DNA of 63,927 nucleotides from Rhynchobatus australiae (lineage: Eukaryota), in assembly GCA_034780895.1 (NCBI GenBank), contig JAUZTB010000011.1:24412403-24476329 (forward strand), read 5' to 3'. A program made the position numbers and the translations under genes. The notes under the pieces are model-generated. The model had not been told where the DNA came from. It searched no databases and worked only from the letters and a program-made list of their open reading frames with translations. Positions 58,230 to 63,927 of this stretch are shown here, one piece after another. The stretch's first letter is position 1. Every line of letters starts with the position of its first letter.

Positions 58230-58655
58230 GTGGTTACACCACAAGTTCAGCCAGATTGATGGGTGACCAACAGGAGGGGCAGGCAGGTAGTGCAGGAGTT
58301 CCCTGTGGCTGTTCCCCTCTAACATGCATACAGGGGTGGGGTGGTGGGGGAGCAGTGGTGGTGTTGGTGGCCTCTTGGGAAAGCAGCAACAGCAGCCAGA
58401 TCAGTGGCATCACAACTGGCTCTGTTGTACTGCAGGAAGGTCTATATCTGGGTTAGCATGTGTGACTGGGGACTTGATTGTCAGGGGAACAGACAGGTGT
58501 TTCTTTGGCTGCAAGCAAGACCCTGGGGTGGTGCGTTTCCCTCCTGGTGCTAAGGTCAGGATGTCCCTGAGCAGGTACAGGACATTCTGAAAGGGGAGGG
58601 TGGGCAGCTAGAGGTCGTCGTCCAAATTGGTACCAGTGACATAGGCAAGAGAGCC
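58230..58655 (+). mobile_element. CR1 ORF1 (SGNH esterase-like) fragment
   Basis: GDLIVRGTDRCFFG...FPPGAKV, then ILKGEGGQLEVVVQIGTSDIG. Confidence 0.78.
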
Positions 58656-59140
58656 TACCCTCTGAATCAATAGTCCAGTTATGGACCGTTGATTCAGAAA
58701 TGTGAGCTTGAACCCCATTGTGACAGCAAGGAATTTAAATTCAAGTAATTCAATAAATCTGGACTGCAGGGCAGACCAAGCACTGGACAATCTGTGGCTT
58801 ATGTCAGATGGGAATAGCAACTGGTCCAACAGACAGACTTGCGGAGGATTTTCTTTATGGGTGTTTGAGATTTTCTTGTAGCAGTGCTGCTTTTTTCCTC
58901 ATTTTGGGGCCAGTTTGGTGGAAGTGCCAATGTGCATTTGATGATGCTCAGTCCATTAATCACCAACACATACTACGGCTTGAATGATGTGGACATCTTA
59001 TGGTCCTTTGATGGGACTTTAATGTAATCTAACAGTGAAGCCTTATGGCTTCTTGTCTCTCTGACAAAGTAAGATTTAGTTATAACAAGCCCACAGTTCA
59101 TGCATTTCCTTAGGAGGAGGACTCCATTGGAGTTAGGTTT

Positions 59141-59693
59141 AGAAACATAGAAAACTTACAGCACAATTCAGGCCCTTGGGCCCACAGAGCTGTGCCAAAC
59201 ATGTCCCTACCTAAGAAATTACTAGGCTTAGCCATAACCCTCTATTTTTCTAAGCTCCATGTACCTATCCAAAAATCTCTTAGAAGACCCTATCGTATCC
59301 ACCTCCACCACCGTTGCCGGCAGCCCATTCCACGCACCCACCACTCTCTGAATAAAACTTACCCCTGACGTTTCCTCTATATCTACTCCCCAGCACCTTA
59401 AACCTATGTCCTCTCGTGGCCACCATTTCAGCCCTTGGGAAAAGCCTCTGACTGTCTACCCGATCAATACCTCTTATCATCTTATACACCTCTATCAGGT
59501 CACCTCTCATCCTCCGTCTCTCCAAGGAGAAAAGGCTGAGTTCCCTCAACCTGTCTTCATAAGGCATGCTCCCCAATCCAGGCAACATCTTTGTAAATCT
59601 CCTCTGCACCTTTTCTATGGCTTCCACATCCTTTCTGTAGTGAGGCGACCAGAACTGAGCACAGTACTCCAAGTGGGGTCTGACCAGGGACCT
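59141..59693 (-). mobile_element. Young CR1 LINE, 5'-truncated
   Basis: ORF 59280-59672 EYCAQFWSPHYRKDVEAIEKVQRRFTKMLPGL; close paralog of the 57019 copy. Confidence 0.92.
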
Positions 59694-59980
59694 GTATTGT
59701 TGCCTATCCTCACTGATTGCGATCTGTTTGTTAGAAAGTCAAGGATCCAGTTACAGAGGGAGGTGTTGAGTCTTAGGTCTCGGAGTTTGGTGACAAGTTT
59801 ACTTAAGATTATTGTAATGAAGGTGTCTTTACTGTCCTGATGCTCCAGAGTTGAGTATAGGGCCAGGGAGATGGCATCCACTGTAGACTTGTTTCGGTGA
59901 TAGGCAAATTGCAAGTGGTCCAGGTTGCCTGGAAAGCTAGAGTTGATGCGTGCCATGACCAACCTCTCAAAGCACTTCAT
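59694..59980 (-). mobile_element. Rex1/Babar LINE RT fragment
   Basis: MKCFERLVMARI...LQFAYHRNKSTVDAIS...LCNWILDFLTNRSQSVRIGNNT. Confidence 0.88.
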
Positions 59981-60521
59981 GAAGACCCAGGAACGTCTTA
60001 GACACCATATCCTGCACCTTTGACCTCTTCCTGTAGTGAGTGCAACAGGTCACGCTCGCAAAGAGATACAGAACAAGAGAAAGCTTGCTGGAAAGCCAGT
60101 TCTGCTCTAAGCTCTGCTGAGGAAGTCAGAGGTGCAGGATATAGCGGCTAGGCATTGAGGTATTTCATACAAACAGCTTAATCTGGTGTTGGAAGGCAGG
60201 TGGCTGAGTAGGAAGTTAGGCTCTGACTAAGAATAATATGTTATTGCTGGAGAAAAATGGTGCTTTATAAGTGGAAAGGTTGAGAGTACTGTGAAGTGTG
60301 AGCATCAGTGCTGCAAATAATCTAATAAAACTTACCAGAAGGCCATCTTTGCACAGATGAGTGAAATAATGTGGTATTGTGGTACTTAAGAAAAATTTAG
60401 GAAAAGATGTTCCATCTCTCAGTACTAAACCATTTACTTTAATCTCTGAAGAACATCACTACCAATTAACAAATTAATAAAATAATAATTATGTAAGACC
60501 ACTGGCTAAAATCTTAACCTA

Positions 60522-60746
<225 letters not shown>

Positions 60747-62347
60747 TCAGTAAACTTCCTGCACACGAAGTTGTACACAAACTTTAAAACATATTTTACA
60801 GGTGTTTTCCACTGATGTTTTTCCTTTGCTTTCTTTACCGGTTAAATATCCAGAAGTTCCAACACTGACATCTTTCAAGCACAAATATAACTAATATAAT
60901 TTTGGGTTGTATATTGCTCTCTGCCAAAGAAATTGGGGAGGATCATACTTGCCTATATCTCTGCCCTGAATAAACACACTTATGTTGGCTGAGTGTGGAG
61001 GCAGTGAACATGCAGGGGTTTATTGCAGTTATACCCACTGAATGTTGCCATTTCAGACTAGGACTACCACCAATTGTCAACACAATGTAGCCCAACGTAC
61101 TGCCAGGAATAAACACTGGTTTATTGCTTCTTATATCCCCTGTTCTGGCCCAGAAGCTATCAATGCTAAAAAACTTGACAGCACATATTACACTGACCAT
61201 GATTTTAACTCCAGTCACCCAGCAGGAATGGAGCAGGTACAAGGTAGTTATAAGCAGAAAATNNNNNNNNNNNNNNNNNNNNNNNNNNNNNNNNNNNNNN
61301 NNNNNNNNNNNNNNNNNNNNNNNNNNNNNNNNNNNNNNNNNNNNNNNNNNNNNNNNNNNNNNNNNNNNNNNNNNNNNNNNNNNNNNNNNNNNNNNNNNNN
61401 NNNNNNNNNNNNNNNNNNNNNNNNNNNNNNNNNNNNNNNNNNNNNNNNNNNNNNNNNNNNNNNNNNNNNNNNNNNNNNNNNNNNNNNNNNNNNNNNNNNN
61501 NNNNNNNNNNNNNNNNNNNNNNNNNNNNNNNNNNNNNNNNNNNGCTCACCTTAGCTGCTCTTCCTTTGTACCCACTGATAGAATATCTCACAGTTTCTGC
61601 ATTCTACTGGCTATTCAACCATGATAAACGTTTCATCCAATAAACTTCCCTTTCTCTTGTTATAGAAGATGATGTATAATCTGAACAATGGGCATAGCCT
61701 GCATCCATTAGCTCACTATTCTGGACTCATTACTGGTTTAATCAGCGATAGTTCAGAATTCAATGAAGAGGATAGTATGCTTATACTGAACTTCCTCATA
61801 TTATATCACTATAGTTATGAAAGTATCCATCTCTTAGAAGCCCCTTCCCATCACCGTGACCACATCCATTCTTCTTTAAGAAAGCCTGGAACTCCCACTG
61901 ACCAAACAGCAACAGCGAAGCAAGAGGACAATAAAACAGTTGGGGCCCCACTAATTGATCTGACAGTCTCAACCACCAGGCTGGATAGCAGCACATTACA
62001 TGGCAGAGAGAGTGCCTTAAACATAGGAAAAAGGACATAATGAATCATTGGGAAAGCCGATAGCAAGGAAATGACATAAGGTTGACCTGTTAATGGCACC
62101 CTACAGTGTGAATTTGCATAGAAATTTTCCAAGACTTGGTGAGGACGTTTTTGGATGAATGAGCATGCATAACAAGAAAACTTGCATGAAGTGTCAATGA
62201 GTAGGAGCACAGGACGGGTAATGGAATGGAGTCCAGCTCCATCCTTGAAGAAGGCTTTGTACAATATCCAAAACCTATTGTTCCCCAACTACCATACAGC
62301 AGTAGGTTGCCAAGTTTTCAGCATAACCAGAAGCCATACAAAAATCA

Positions 62348-62396
62348 GTCTCAGGCTTCTGGTATAGAGTCTCAGGCTTCTGGTATAGAATCTCAG
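62348..62396. repeat. 21-bp tandem repeat (2.3 copies)
   Basis: gtctcaggcttctggtataga x2, then atctcag. Confidence 0.9.
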
Positions 62397-63480
62397 ACAA
62401 TTGCTACTGTGTTTATTCAGAGAGGCATCAAGGTGTCATAGCAATGGAGCAACCCATCCTCCAGCAGATTACTAGGATTCTTAATATGGTGCCAGAATGG
62501 CAGTAACTGGATGCAGCAGGAATGGGCAGTCTTCACTTAGGAAAGATAACACTTGGTGTCATCTTTAAGTCATCTACACCAGAATACTGCTATTCACAGC
62601 AAATGGTTAACATTATGCAAGAATAGTTACTACAATACTTAGGAATAATAAGACAGGCAAAAGTATGTAAGAGACATGCACTAAAGGAATACGCAAGGGC
62701 AATCAGTTAACTGTGTTTTTATATTTGATTGGATGTATAAATATGGTTTGGAAAGTTGACCAGCAACAGAGGGAAGGAACTATGATAGAATGAATAATGT
62801 TTGTTCCCTTTGTTTTACACATATGAAATACTGACAAATCCATTCTTGAGAATATGATAGGTTGAAGAGCACCATTGGTAATCCTTGGATATAACTAGTA
62901 AGGTCATTTTAAGTCTGAGATTGATCTGTAGTGATTAATAGAATTTGTATATGAATGCAAATTAGAGAGGTGGATGGGAGGTGGTTTCAATAGGAATATT
63001 GAATGAATGTTGTAAGCTTTTATCAATACCAATGCAGAAATTTCACAAAAGGGCTTCCCCAAGTTTGACATAGGAAACTCGATGTCACAGAACATGCATA
63101 AAATCTCAGCTCCACAGCCTGACCTCCAAAAGAAATCATGCTGTTGATGACAGGGTACAACAGAAAATTAATATTTGAATTAACTGTTTAAAAAAGGGGG
63201 GGGAGAAAGGAGGAAAAGTCAGTTCTGGTCATGGCTGAGACTGCTGAGGGGGCAAGGGGTGGATGAAGGTCAGAATAGATATCTAATAAGTGATGAAGGA
63301 ACTGTGAAATACAAACAAATGGTACATTACAAGTGGAAACATAAATATGCTTCAGGAAGCTCTTTTGGGGAACTGCTTCCTCCACAGTTAGAAACGCCAA
63401 AATCCCAATAGTGCTTGGCACTTGCTTTGTTATCATGCTCTAAGTGTTTGAAAGTCAGAGTCATTGCTTTCATTGAGCTT

Positions 63481-63927
63481 CAGCTAGCTACACTGAATAA
63501 AGACACGAGACACTCGTTTGAAGTCCAAGAGTCGAATGAATGACTGGGGTGCACTGCCCCTTTAATAAACACCGTTCCCACGCTGACCTCACGCGCAGGC
63601 TTCACTAGCCCAACGAAGGAGTGCCCCGCGCCATCTTGTGTCGGGGCCTCCGACGACGCTCACGATCGTGGGAGCCGGTTCGTGAATGGTAAGTTGCCAC
63701 ATAACCCCCCCAGAACTGGCGATACCATCGCGAAAACCAGGAGTAAATAAACTATGACTTGGACGGCCTGCCCCTGCATCGTGCTGGCTGGACCACGACT
63801 GGTTGGTCCAGGTCTAAATGAGCCGGCTTCAGCCGGTCAATTGTAAAAACCTCCTCACGCCCCCCAATGTCCAACACAAACGTAGACCCATTGTCCTTGA
63901 CGACCCGGAACGGCCCTTCGTACGGCC
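63481..63927 (-). mobile_element. Gypsy/Ty3 LTR retrotransposon 3' end: integrase C-terminus, PPT and 3' LTR (about 63481-63701)
   Basis: Polypurine tract GGGGGGG-tta directly followed by TGTGGCAAC LTR start at 63701; CpG-rich; distal LTR boundary approximate. Confidence 0.85.
63752..63925 (-). CDS. Gypsy integrase C-terminal fragment (partial, open at the window edge)
   Basis: PYEGPFRVVKDNGSTFVLDIGGREEVFTIDRLKPAHLDLDQPVVVQPARCRGRPSKS*; GPY/F and DRLKP motifs; not in the ORF track. Confidence 0.88.
   Translation of the reverse strand, partial: PYEGPFRVVKDNGSTFVLDIGGREEVFTIDRLKPAHLDLDQPVVVQPARCRGRPSKS

Noticed and set aside
59615-59980. Apparent Rex1-CR1 fusion ORF
   Set aside because: The CR1 part is out of its native frame; this is an insertion junction, not a fusion gene
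61042-61624. Long ORFs on both strands
   Set aside because: Their length comes from the N-run

Overview
AT-rich vertebrate genomic DNA. The repeat landscape (CR1, Rex1/Babar, RTE and Penelope remnants, V-SINEs and Deu-domain SINEs) suggests a cartilaginous fish, probably a batoid; this is inference. The whole window lies inside one minus-strand gene, FRY (protein furry homolog). I traced 22 consecutive GT-AG coding exons, exons 2-23 by human-like numbering, from 60727 down to 588. They total 2896 nt, have compatible phases, and give 964 full codons with no stop. Exon 1 lies beyond the right edge and the remaining exons beyond the left edge. The introns are filled with transposon debris, and a young Gypsy LTR element runs off the right end. 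I found no new multi-gene system. The best second-look items are: a long inverted-repeat (foldback) element in intron 3; a Rex1 RT split by a composite block bounded by a 5-bp direct repeat; candidate alternative exons near exon 3; a shortened exon 19; Penelope-derived hairpins and hammerhead-like remnants; and a pair of LTR-like direct repeats. Most short ORFs in the supplied track are noise or transposon fragments. Several N-gaps have duplicated flanks, which are assembly artefacts.
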